DNA of 64,000 nt, from the IMG/VR virus record IMGVR_UViG_3300032038_000069, positions 4,184 through 68,183 of that record; one strand, written 5' to 3'. Below the pieces are notes generated by a model. It had not been told where the DNA came from, made no database searches, and saw nothing but the letters and a program-made list of their open reading frames with translations. Every line of letters starts with the position of its first letter. The stretch's first letter is position 1. This DNA comes from a virus. Taxonomy: Duplodnaviria > Caudoviricetes. The position numbers were made by a program, and so were the translations under genes. This document shows, piece after piece, positions 19,502 to 27,151 of the stretch.

Positions 19502-19591
19502 TTTTCCTGTTCCTGTAGCCAGCTCCATTAAGAGGCAGTTTCCAGAGGAGATGCTCTGGACACACTGGCTGTAGATTTCTTTACGGGTCAT
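19496..19591 (-). pseudogene. Orphaned original 5' end of the SF2 helicase
   Basis: Translates to MTRKEIYSQCVQSISSGNCLLMELATGTGKN*, collinear with MTRENILEECIHSLKNSNCILLELPTGFGK. Confidence 0.88.
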
Positions 19592-19639
19592 TTTAAAATA
19601 AAAAGTTAGGAATACCAGATTTCTGGATAGGTGGAGGCA

Positions 19640-19894
19640 TCAAGCTGCTGGTTCATGGGCTTCTAATGATGATAACCATGCATCAGCTTCCATCTCCTGG
19701 AGGGCTGTCTCTACATCCTCTGGAATGAAATTGATGGATGCCAATGCCTCTTCCTCACACTCATTATCCATAAGAGAGGACAGCTCGTAGGAGCAGTCAC
19801 GGAGGGCATCTTTGTAGGCCTGAGGCAAATCAGGCTGCTGAAGTCTCCCCTCCCATTGGGAGAGAAGACCTGTGAGTTGACTAAAGTAGATCAT
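19640..19894 (-). CDS. Hypothetical acidic protein
   Basis: 84-aa ORF coupled to the upstream gene. Confidence 0.6.
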   Translation of the reverse strand: MIYFSQLTGLLSQWEGRLQQPDLPQAYKDALRDCSYELSSLMDNECEEEALASINFIPEDVETALQEMEADAWLSSLEAHEPAA

Positions 19895-20184
19895 ACTATG
19901 CTTCTTACAAGACGTACAAACCGCTGCCAGATGTTACGGGTGATGGAAATGCCCATACCATTCTTTCTGTTGCGGGAGAAATGAACTGGTGAGATAGTAC
20001 CAAAGGCAAGTACCTCTGGACGCTTAGAGAGGGATGTATACCAATGAGCTGCCACTGCCTTAGGTGAGCGGTCAATCTCTTCAGACACAATAAGGAAACA
20101 CTTGTGAAGGTTTTGAGGGAAAGCCTTAACCTGACGCAGCAGTCTTTCATCTTCCTGCTGTGTCCACTTACGATTTCTAGACAT
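19891..20184 (-). CDS. Myb/SANT-like DNA-binding protein
   Basis: KWTQQEDERLL...RSPKAVAAHW matches the Myb W-T-x-E-E-D...R-x4-V-x3-W pattern. Confidence 0.65.
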   Translation of the reverse strand: MSRNRKWTQQEDERLLRQVKAFPQNLHKCFLIVSEEIDRSPKAVAAHWYTSLSKRPEVLAFGTISPVHFSRNRKNGMGISITRNIWQRFVRLVRSIV

Positions 20185-20218
20185 GTGATAATTTTAAAAA
20201 ATGGTTAATATGTGAATG

Positions 20219-20237
20219 ATGGCTGCACTACAGCCAT
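20219..20237. repeat. 19-bp intergenic inverted repeat (family copy 4)
   Basis: ATGGCTG-CACTA-CAGCCAT upstream of the Myb-like gene. Confidence 0.85.
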
Positions 20238-20250
20238 ATACTAAACACTC

Positions 20251-20285
20251 AAAAGAAAACCTCCCATGTTTCACAACAGGGGAGG
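20251..20285 (-). terminator. Intrinsic terminator with GUGA tetraloop
   Basis: CTCCCCTGTT-GTGA-AACATGGGAG followed by T tract. Confidence 0.75.
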
Positions 20286-20361
20286 CTAGGAATACAAACG
20301 AATTTAGTAAAATAAAAACACAATTAACTTAAATCTATTATGACAACTTACCTTGCGGTAG

Positions 20362-20433
20362 TACCCCCAGCAGGAATCGAACCTGCATCTAATCTTTAGG
20401 AGAGATTTGTTCTATCCATTGAACTATGAGGGC
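20362..20433 (-). tRNA. tRNA-Arg (anticodon CCT)
   Basis: Cloverleaf read by eye: acceptor GCCCTCA/TGGGGGT, anticodon arm AATCT-CTCCTAA-AGATT, GGTTCGATTCC T arm; no encoded CCA. Confidence 0.92.
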
Positions 20434-20435
20434 TC

Positions 20436-20466
20436 AAAACCCCTTCTATCTTCACAGACTAAAGGA
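20436..20466 (-). terminator. Terminator-like hairpin with GUGA loop
   Basis: CCTTTAGTCT-GTGA-AGATAGAAGG followed by GGTTTT. Confidence 0.55.
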
Positions 20467-20557
20467 GTAAAAAGCCTTTATTATGACCAAACTAATTCAA
20501 TACAAAGGTAACACTTTACCTTAGATACTCATACATTATTAATAAAATAGTTAGGTT

Positions 20558-20791
20558 TTATTCTACTTGCCACAATAAACTGTCTCTTACCTCCATCATG
20601 AGCTTTCTCATACGCTCTTGGCAGAAATGGCAGTTGCCTTTGTGAACTATTACGCACCCATAAAAGTTTTCGTTGCGTATATACTCACAGCTATCAATGA
20701 TGACTATATCATAGCCATCTACACTATTAGTGGATTTATTGCACCCCGTCATCATCAATGCTGCGAGTGCCAGTAATACTAGTTTTTTCAT
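20558..20791 (-). CDS. Small lipoprotein-like protein
   Basis: MKKLVLLALAALMMTGC lipobox-type signal. Confidence 0.65.
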   Translation of the reverse strand: MKKLVLLALAALMMTGCNKSTNSVDGYDIVIIDSCEYIRNENFYGCVIVHKGNCHFCQERMRKLMMEVRDSLLWQVE

Positions 20792-21122
20792 TGTTGTTTA
20801 TTCTTTTTATAATATCAAATATTCCTTGTCTGTAAATAGAAGCTAGACTTCTTGTATTAGAGAGCGGCTGAGAGCAGAAATCTGCCACCATTTCGTCTGG
20901 GTCTATACAACGCAACACATCAGCCCTGCCTTTCTCATATTCCATACGCAAGGCTTCTTTCATTGCTTTAATGGGGTCGGTTGAAGCGACCTCATCTTTT
21001 ACTTCAAGGGTGTCGAGGAAAGAAAGAATATCTTTCAAGCATACTAAATAGCCGCTATGATGTTCTTTAATTCTTTTCTCTATCTCCGCCAATAAAGCGT
21101 CTTTGTCTATATATTGTGCCAT
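20736..21122 (-). CDS. MAQYI-family hypothetical protein (paralog 1)
   Basis: Shares MAQYI.K...AEIEK and SFLDTLEVK with 21548..22120. Confidence 0.7.
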   Translation of the reverse strand: MAQYIDKDALLAEIEKRIKEHHSGYLVCLKDILSFLDTLEVKDEVASTDPIKAMKEALRMEYEKGRADVLRCIDPDEMVADFCSQPLSNTRSLASIYRQGIFDIIKRINNNEKTSITGTRSIDDDGVQ

Positions 21123-21124
21123 AA

Positions 21125-21277
21125 CTATAATGTTTCTCCAGTTGCTATAATTTTACAATACTTTCCGAATGCCCCTTCACCCTCATAATAAATGGTAAAA
21201 CCAACCAAATTATCTTCTTCATCGTACTGAGGATACATATAAAACTCCCCTTTTGGTGGATAATTCATTTTTTTCAT
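21125..21277 (-). CDS. Small hypothetical protein (50 aa, not in ORF track)
   Basis: Hand-translated MKKMNYPPKGEFYMYPQYDEEDNLVGF...; fills the gap exactly. Confidence 0.55.
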   Translation of the reverse strand: MKKMNYPPKGEFYMYPQYDEEDNLVGFTIYYEGEGAFGKYCKIIATGETL

Positions 21278-21280
21278 ACC

Positions 21281-21544
21281 TTACTCTCCTTTTATATAGT
21301 CTTTAAAGTCCTTAATTACACTATCTATTATAATTGGCATAGTATAGTTATCATCCCATTTCTCTTTTATCCATTCACAAGCCTTCTCAATAAAGGCGTC
21401 AGCAGGAACATATGTTACAAAGTTTTCAATACCTCCTTCATCCTCTATTCCTTGAACAAAATCATATTGATAACCACATACAACATCTCCTGTACTATAT
21501 TTGGTATCTTTGTGTAACCAAATCTTATCTGGCATTTGACTCAT
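21281..21544 (-). CDS. Hypothetical protein
   Basis: Tightly packed ORF; C-terminal AFIEKACEWIK module. Confidence 0.6.
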   Translation of the reverse strand: MSQMPDKIWLHKDTKYSTGDVVCGYQYDFVQGIEDEGGIENFVTYVPADAFIEKACEWIKEKWDDNYTMPIIIDSVIKDFKDYIKGE

Positions 21545-21547
21545 AGT

Positions 21548-22120
21548 TCAGTCCTCTTTTTTAACAATATCAAGCACTTCCTTATAGGCTTCTACTCTAT
21601 ATTTGCCCTCCGATGATTGGATGGGGCTGTATGACTTTATCAGCTTTTCTATCTCCGATTTTAAGTCCACCTCTTTCACTTCAACAGCATCTAATTTTAC
21701 TTCTTCTGGTTTCATCTTAATATTTTCTTTAAGATTATATACACCCCAAGCAGCAAAATGTAAACAAAGTCTCTCTAAAATAGGTTTGGCAACATTAGCA
21801 AAACTAATACCGTGAATTGTTTGCCACATCGTATGAAATTCATTTTTGAATTTTGCTTTTACTTCACCTTTAAGTTCAATAGGAATGCGCTTTTTGTTAA
21901 TTCTATTAACTGTTCCTTCGGCAACTTCTTTTTCAAGCCCTTGTAGTTCTTCATTTATCTCTTTCACTTCAAGGGTGTCGAGGAAAGACTCTAACTTAGA
22001 AAGAGCATTGTACTCTCCTTGTGCCTCTGCCGAATAGAAATTCATGTGTTCATCCATTGTACAGAGTTGCAGTTTCTCTATCTCCGCCATTACAGTGGAT
22101 TTATTTATATACTGTGCCAT
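21548..22120 (-). CDS. MAQYI-family hypothetical protein (paralog 2)
   Basis: Two copies of the LD.LEVKE module; 23-nt identity with paralog 1. Confidence 0.7.
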   Translation of the reverse strand: MAQYINKSTVMAEIEKLQLCTMDEHMNFYSAEAQGEYNALSKLESFLDTLEVKEINEELQGLEKEVAEGTVNRINKKRIPIELKGEVKAKFKNEFHTMWQTIHGISFANVAKPILERLCLHFAAWGVYNLKENIKMKPEEVKLDAVEVKEVDLKSEIEKLIKSYSPIQSSEGKYRVEAYKEVLDIVKKED

Positions 22121-22124
22121 AACT

Positions 22125-23279
22125 CTATTCTGTTAGTTTCTTTAAATCATTATACAATTCAATTAATACTTGTCCTTGTCCTGCATAGGATATATTTCCA
22201 GTAAGATTTAAGTCGTGCAATGCTCTCATTTGTTCATCGCTCGGCTTCCATCCTATTCTTTCTTTAAGGGATTTGAGCCAATCATACAGCTTTTCTTTCA
22301 GTGAATCCGTATATATAATAGAATCTATTATTTCAGACTTTTTTATTATATTCATAAGTACCTTAATAGTATTCTCATCCTCTTCACTCCAAGCAGGCTT
22401 GTCATACAGTGCTTCCTTAGCTTCCGCTGATACCATTCTTTGAGATATTTTCTTCAACTCTTTCTTCTCGGCATCCCATTCATAACCTGCATCAGTCATC
22501 GCTTTAAGCAGAGTATCACGTTGGGATTCGGTGGCTGGGTAACAGCTATTTGCAGTTTCCCAAGCGTGTTTACCATCACTAATTTCTTTACTACCATTTT
22601 TGCATAATGAGAAATGATAATATGCAGAATTATCTTTTAATTTCGCAAATATAAACAAAGAACCATCAGATGCTACAAGTACATCACCATCCTTGGCATC
22701 TTGGATGGTCCATTTTCTAAATAATTTTCCTTCCCATTCAAAAGGTATTTGTACTTCCCTTCCGTCAAAAGAAATTATATAAAGTCCATCAAGAATTCTT
22801 ACAATAATGCCGACCCTATTTTTATTGTCAATAATACAATCACCTACCTTAAACTTTGGCCCAATCTTATCAGCAAATTTCTGCATGTCTTCAATTCTTT
22901 CCTTTAGAGAAAGCATATAATCCACATTAGGATTTTCATTATAAACATATTTGAGTCTGTCATAAATCCATTGAAAGAACTCTGGATTTGTGGTTATATA
23001 ACCGTGTTTCATAGATTCAGCCTTATCAGAATTTTTTTCCTCGCCTTGCTTTTCAAGCCAAGCAAGAACATCACTTTTTGATACATCGTAACTACTCCAT
23101 AATTCGTTATCTGAGTCATATACCATCCCAAAAATTGCTTTCTCCACCTTCTCATCCTCACTCTTTTTGAGTTCGGGGAAGAATGCCTCTGCTTCCATCT
23201 GTTGTTCATGACTTAACTCTGAGTAGATACTTTCTATCCACTTCTGAGCCTCGTTGTATTTCTTTTCGTATATGTCCAT
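22125..23279 (-). CDS. Modular hypothetical protein (384 aa)
   Basis: Short recurring modules (FPELKKSEDE, PKFKVGD, WTIQDAKDGD, AWSEEDE, WKPSDEQM). Confidence 0.7.
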   Translation of the reverse strand: MDIYEKKYNEAQKWIESIYSELSHEQQMEAEAFFPELKKSEDEKVEKAIFGMVYDSDNELWSSYDVSKSDVLAWLEKQGEEKNSDKAESMKHGYITTNPEFFQWIYDRLKYVYNENPNVDYMLSLKERIEDMQKFADKIGPKFKVGDCIIDNKNRVGIIVRILDGLYIISFDGREVQIPFEWEGKLFRKWTIQDAKDGDVLVASDGSLFIFAKLKDNSAYYHFSLCKNGSKEISDGKHAWETANSCYPATESQRDTLLKAMTDAGYEWDAEKKELKKISQRMVSAEAKEALYDKPAWSEEDENTIKVLMNIIKKSEIIDSIIYTDSLKEKLYDWLKSLKERIGWKPSDEQMRALHDLNLTGNISYAGQGQVLIELYNDLKKLTE

Positions 23280-23284
23280 AATTA

Positions 23285-23593
23285 TTACTTTTTTAATTGC
23301 TTTAATATTGATACAATTCCTTCTGTTGCAAAGCTAGCAAAAGTAGAAACAAACGTCTCATCTTGGCTTAAACCCCCTCTACCCATAGTATCAAGGATAG
23401 CGTGAGTACACTCATGAATGTAGGTATTAAACATTGAACTCTCTGTCTGTATAGACCCGTCTACATTTGTAGCAATCTTGATATAGCCGTTATAGCAGCA
23501 GCATTTGCCAAGTTTTCCACCCAGTTCTTCACATATTTGGGTTTTTAGAATTTGACCTCCTATTTGTATTTCTTTGGGTAGTTCCATAGTCAT
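23285..23593 (-). CDS. Zincin-like metallopeptidase (HExxH)
   Basis: TYIHECTHAILD followed by E in QDETFV. Confidence 0.6.
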   Translation of the reverse strand: MTMELPKEIQIGGQILKTQICEELGGKLGKCCCYNGYIKIATNVDGSIQTESSMFNTYIHECTHAILDTMGRGGLSQDETFVSTFASFATEGIVSILKQLKK

Positions 23594-23874
23594 TCACTTT
23601 TACACTTATTTTCTGAATAGTAATCATACACAATAACATTAGGATAATGTTCCTTTATATGTTTTATTGCATCACAGTCATTTGTAAAAAGGTGTGGCGG
23701 AGCAAAACTTGGAGTACCCCACCAATGGATAAAAAATAGGACCGTATGTCTTTGTTCAATTCTATACAATAGAGGATAAAATGCCATTGAGCCTTCCTTA
23801 CTCAAATCATTTTTGATAATTCTAAATACTTTTCTCATAATACTTTTACCATTTATTATCATATTTATCTGCAC
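23590..23874 (-). CDS. Hypothetical protein (true start may be MRKVF)
   Basis: ORF in tandem array. Confidence 0.5.
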   Translation of the reverse strand: MQINMIINGKSIMRKVFRIIKNDLSKEGSMAFYPLLYRIEQRHTVLFFIHWWGTPSFAPPHLFTNDCDAIKHIKEHYPNVIVYDYYSENKCKSE

Positions 23875-24175
23875 TTAAAAGACCTCTTGCTGCATCAAGA
23901 TGCTTATAAACATCAGACCAAAGTGAATTATAGTGTGTATCATTCTTTACTGTTTGTGCAACAGTTTTTTCACAAAGCATATTAATTGCTTTATATATAT
24001 CATTCCATAATTCTTGTGTTTCATATTTCTCTGATTCAAGTTCTAATTCTTCAACTTTGTAGTAATCCCGTCCATCAAGAGAAAAGAAACTAATAGGTAT
24101 GCCAATGGCGTTGGTTCCGTGAACTTTAACATCTACAATCTTACCTGTTGCTTTCACTTTTGCTTTCATAATCAC
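23846..24175 (-). CDS. Hypothetical protein
   Basis: MKAKVKATG N-terminus; tandem array. Confidence 0.6.
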   Translation of the reverse strand: MIMKAKVKATGKIVDVKVHGTNAIGIPISFFSLDGRDYYKVEELELESEKYETQELWNDIYKAINMLCEKTVAQTVKNDTHYNSLWSDVYKHLDAARGLLSADKYDNKW

Positions 24176-24570
24176 AATAGTTTTTGTTCATGAAGTTTAA
24201 TAATCATTTCGTAACAAGCATCAACAGGGTTATCTGCGTAGCAGTCATATATATCACTGTTAACAGAGCCTATTGCATACCTTTCTTTAATGTCGCCTTG
24301 GTAGTCATTGATGGCGAGCGCAAGTTGTAGGTTACTTGGCAGTGCATTAAGCATAGCTGTGAGTGACCAGCAAGGAACCATATATCCATTTCTATAAGAG
24401 AAAAGATTTTCTTTAATTGCAATGTCTAAACCAACATTTATTTCCCAATTTTTTATAATCATTTTCTCTCGCATTCCTCCTGTTACTGCACAGTAAGTCA
24501 TATCAGCACTTTCAATCGGAAGTATCTCTGCCAGCTTGCGGCTTTGTTCTAGCGATGTATATGATTTCAT
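24172..24570 (-). CDS. Hypothetical protein
   Basis: YTSLEQSRKL...ADM...PCWSL...DACYEM; tandem array. Confidence 0.65.
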   Translation of the reverse strand: MKSYTSLEQSRKLAEILPIESADMTYCAVTGGMREKMIIKNWEINVGLDIAIKENLFSYRNGYMVPCWSLTAMLNALPSNLQLALAINDYQGDIKERYAIGSVNSDIYDCYADNPVDACYEMIIKLHEQKLL

Positions 24571-24824
24571 TTCTTTTCCTTTTTAAGTTGCTCAATAAGC
24601 GCATCTGCATATTTCATTGCTCTTGCGATAATGTTTATTTTCTCTTCGCTATTATCATAAACCAAATTAGGATTTGCTGAAAGACCTTGCAGAGCAGCAA
24701 TTGCAGCCTGATTTCTCAATGAATTGTAGGCTCCATTATAGCCAGTCTGCACACCTTCTCTGTATGCAAACCACGCACCTTCCTCAGATTTAAAAGTGCT
24801 AAGTATTTCTTCTTTTGTTGCCAT
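24567..24824 (-). CDS. Hypothetical protein
   Basis: AAIAALQGL...YADALIEQL; 4-nt overlap. Confidence 0.65.
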   Translation of the reverse strand: MATKEEILSTFKSEEGAWFAYREGVQTGYNGAYNSLRNQAAIAALQGLSANPNLVYDNSEEKINIIARAMKYADALIEQLKKEKK

Positions 24825-24827
24825 AAT

Positions 24828-25067
24828 CTATTTCTCCATTGCTTTACGAAAATGTTGTTCAAAGTCATTTGGAAGATTTAATTGATGGTTTATGTATTTG
24901 TATGCCTTATCAATCATTTCCTCCCTTGCAATCTCAACTGCTCTGAGTGCTTGCTCAGGTGTCAGCCAAGGATGGTAGTCTATTACAGGGTTTTGCATAT
25001 CGTCATATCCTTGGATGACATTGCTACAACCTCTTGTGTATTCTTTGATAAACTCTTCTGGTGTCAT
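24828..25067 (-). CDS. Hypothetical protein
   Basis: Tandem array ORF. Confidence 0.6.
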   Translation of the reverse strand: MTPEEFIKEYTRGCSNVIQGYDDMQNPVIDYHPWLTPEQALRAVEIAREEMIDKAYKYINHQLNLPNDFEQHFRKAMEK

Positions 25068-25341
25068 AGCTTATTCCTCCATACACATATTGAACAATCC
25101 TTACTGTCTTTCTCACAATAAAAGCAGTCATTGACAGTATTTGCACGTATATCTTCTAAATTCCTATTTAATTTCATAACTACTTATTCTTCCCAATTAA
25201 AACATACAAAAAATTCCCAAGCGAGGATATATAAACTAATACTAAGGAACTTATTACAATAGCCTACACCAATGGTGGGCAGCAAAACAAATTCATATTC
25301 TTTTATGTTTATATAAAGCCTTTGAAATCCAAAATTTACTT

Positions 25342-25746
25342 TCATATCTTATTTATCCATCTATTTAATAGTTCCTCTAGTTCCTCTTTAGAAAAAGATT
25401 TATTAATTTGTTCAGCTTCCACACCAGCTAGAAAAGCTTGTTCTTCCATTCCTTTAATTGTTTCAAGGGAATGGAGTGCTTGCCACTGGGCACCTGCTTC
25501 AAAAGCACATTCTATCTCATACTCATCATTGTAAGTAGGATAGTCAGGATTTCTAAGTTGTTCTTTAGCATAACCTGCTGCTGCTTCTTCCAAGTCCTCG
25601 CTTACAGACTCTTCTTGCAGGTTGTCGATGTATTCTAAGAGCTCTTTATATGCTTCACATCTATACTTGGCTTCAGCAGAACTACCTAAGTGCCATTCCT
25701 TAATTAGGTTTTCCAGTTTGGATTTGATTGTTTGTATTTGGTTCAT
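25342..25746 (-). CDS. Hypothetical protein
   Basis: SEDLEEAA...AFEAGAQWQ module. Confidence 0.65.
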   Translation of the reverse strand: MNQIQTIKSKLENLIKEWHLGSSAEAKYRCEAYKELLEYIDNLQEESVSEDLEEAAAGYAKEQLRNPDYPTYNDEYEIECAFEAGAQWQALHSLETIKGMEEQAFLAGVEAEQINKSFSKEELEELLNRWINKI

Positions 25747-25825
25747 ATTAATGGTTTGTTGCTAAGTTATTAATAATAAAAAGAAAAAAGAAAGGCAGGA
25801 CTAGTGTCCCACCTTCCTCACATAT

Positions 25826-25957
25826 CTAGAACAGGTCGAAGAAACCTTTACTGCCATCACCTAAGATAATGGCAATGAAGGCTATGACCATGATGAATGC
25901 AAAGAATATGGAGAGGAGATACTCAACTCTCTCATCATTGTAGCTATTTCTTGACAT
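25826..25957 (-). CDS. Small single-TM membrane protein (43 aa, not in ORF track)
   Basis: Hand-translated MSRNSYNDERVEYLLSIFFAFIMVIAFIAIILGDGSKGFFDLF; terminator-like sequence follows. Confidence 0.55.
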   Translation of the reverse strand: MSRNSYNDERVEYLLSIFFAFIMVIAFIAIILGDGSKGFFDLF

Positions 25958-26093
25958 GGCTTTGGGCTTTAAGATAGTTACTTGTGATTTCGCTGATAGG
26001 ATTGTCTAATTCATGATGGAAGGCAATGAATGTCTTCCCAAGGGACTCAAGCTCTTGCTTAATATCCCTTACTGCTTGTTGTTTTGCTGTCAT
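25944..26093 (-). CDS. Small hypothetical protein (start re-placed at MTAKQQ)
   Basis: The upstream part of the listed ORF is low-complexity intergenic sequence. Confidence 0.5.
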   Translation of the reverse strand: MTAKQQAVRDIKQELESLGKTFIAFHHELDNPISEITSNYLKAQSHVKK

Positions 26094-26224
26094 AATATGA
26101 AGATTTAAAGTGTGGATATATAGGTCAAAAATAAAAAAGCTTGGAGGTGGGAGGAGAAAGTACTTACTACTTCTCCCTCCACACTCCTTGCTCTTCAACT
26201 TAACCCTTTAAATAATAACTTTCA

Positions 26225-26257
26225 AGAAAAACCTGCCTATCTTCACAGACTGGCAGG
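26225..26257 (-). terminator. Intrinsic terminator with GUGA loop downstream of the tRNA/HNH locus
   Basis: CCTGCCAGTCT-GTGA-AGATAGGCAGG followed by TTTTTC. Confidence 0.75.
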
Positions 26258-26315
26258 GCAAACAATTAAAATGCAAAATGAAAACTATTTTCCTTAACAG
26301 GAACTGAGTGGTGAG

Positions 26316-26350
26316 TGGACCCTACAGGGCTTGAACCTGTGACCTTCTGA
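26316..26350 (-). pseudogene. 3' half of a split tRNA (outer tRNA)
   Basis: TCAGA-AGGTC-ACAGG TTCAAGC CCTGT-AGGGTCC-A; acceptor pairs with GGACCCT at 26874-26880. Confidence 0.88.
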
Positions 26351-26354
26351 TACA

Positions 26355-26756
26355 TTACCAATGAGATTTAATACCACCACATTTTCTGGAACAACAAGGA
26401 TTAGGATGAGTACTTAAGTTTTTTGGGTCAAATATGAATTCTTTACCACATACAGGGCAGATTCTTATTATCATTTCCTTATGTTTATGATCTTTTAATC
26501 TATTATAAGTACCAGAGATAACCTGAAGATTTTCTATTCTATCATCCATTTTGTCTCCATTAATGTGGTCAACATGGTCACTTTTAGGCACATCACAGCA
26601 ATAATAACTTGTATATAAGTATTTAGCATAAGACATGCTTGTTAGTGTTCCATCATTTCTTTTAAGAGTTGCTACTCTTCTGGGTTCTTTATTAGTATTG
26701 ATATATACTGTACAGAATCCCTTTTTTGCATAATAATTTGATATTGTTTGTTTCAT
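26355..26756 (-). CDS. HNH endonuclease with C-terminal Zn ribbon
   Basis: HVDHINGDKMDDRIENLQ; CPVC...CCSRKC; start re-placed at MKQTIS because the longer ORF runs through a tRNA. Confidence 0.88.
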   Translation of the reverse strand: MKQTISNYYAKKGFCTVYINTNKEPRRVATLKRNDGTLTSMSYAKYLYTSYYCCDVPKSDHVDHINGDKMDDRIENLQVISGTYNRLKDHKHKEMIIRICPVCGKEFIFDPKNLSTHPNPCCSRKCGGIKSHW

Positions 26757-26761
26757 AGTAG

Positions 26762-26835
26762 TAGGGAGTAAGGGACTTGAACCCCCAACCTTGAATGTAT
26801 AAGATTCCTGCGCTAACCAATTGCGCCAACTCCCC
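26762..26835 (-). tRNA. tRNA-Ile (anticodon TAT), nested in the split tRNA
   Basis: GGGGAGT/ACTCCCT acceptor, GCGC/GCGC D stem, GAAT-CTTATAC-ATTC anticodon arm, GGGGG-TTCAAGT-CCCTT T arm. Confidence 0.85.
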
Positions 26836-26848
26836 ACTTGGTAATATA

Positions 26849-26880
26849 TCAGCTTCTCTAACCAACTGAGATAAGGGTCC
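26849..26880 (-). pseudogene. 5' half of the split tRNA (outer tRNA)
   Basis: GGACCCT-TA-TCTC-AGTTGGTTA-GAGA-A-GCTGA: intact D arm and anticodon-stem 5' strand. Confidence 0.88.
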
Positions 26881-27151
26881 TGAATGCTATGTCAGCAAGT
26901 AGTGAAAAGTAACTATAAGCAATAGCAATAACCAAGACAAGAACCTGATGCAACAGACAAGAACTATATCTGCCTCCACAAATCAATGCTTCATAGGACA
27001 ATGTAGAAGTATTGTCGCATCAGACAAGGCACACAAAGTACCTTTATATGGTTTAACTTGCTTAAATACTAAAAAGTAAAACTGATCACACTTGCTGTTC
27101 AGGAAAGTTTTGGTACAATAACCTCAGTCTTTCCTTACATAGCAGTGAAGA

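Noticed and set aside
18465-19591. Group I intron or intein in the helicase
   Set aside because: There is an in-frame stop right after the stub, only ~90 nt before the endonuclease ORF and nothing after it for a ribozyme core. No Cys/Ser...His-Asn intein ends are present, and the downstream gene has its own complete N-terminus.
26757-26837. N-terminal extension of the HNH ORF
   Set aside because: It is a translation of the tRNA-Ile sequence.
26316-26880. tmRNA, group I tRNA intron or archaeal-type BHB intron
   Set aside because: A full D arm is present and the acceptor lacks the Ala G3-U70 pair, so it is not tmRNA. The insert is fully occupied by a tRNA and an ORF. The junction helix is continuous, without the 3-nt bulges of a BHB motif.
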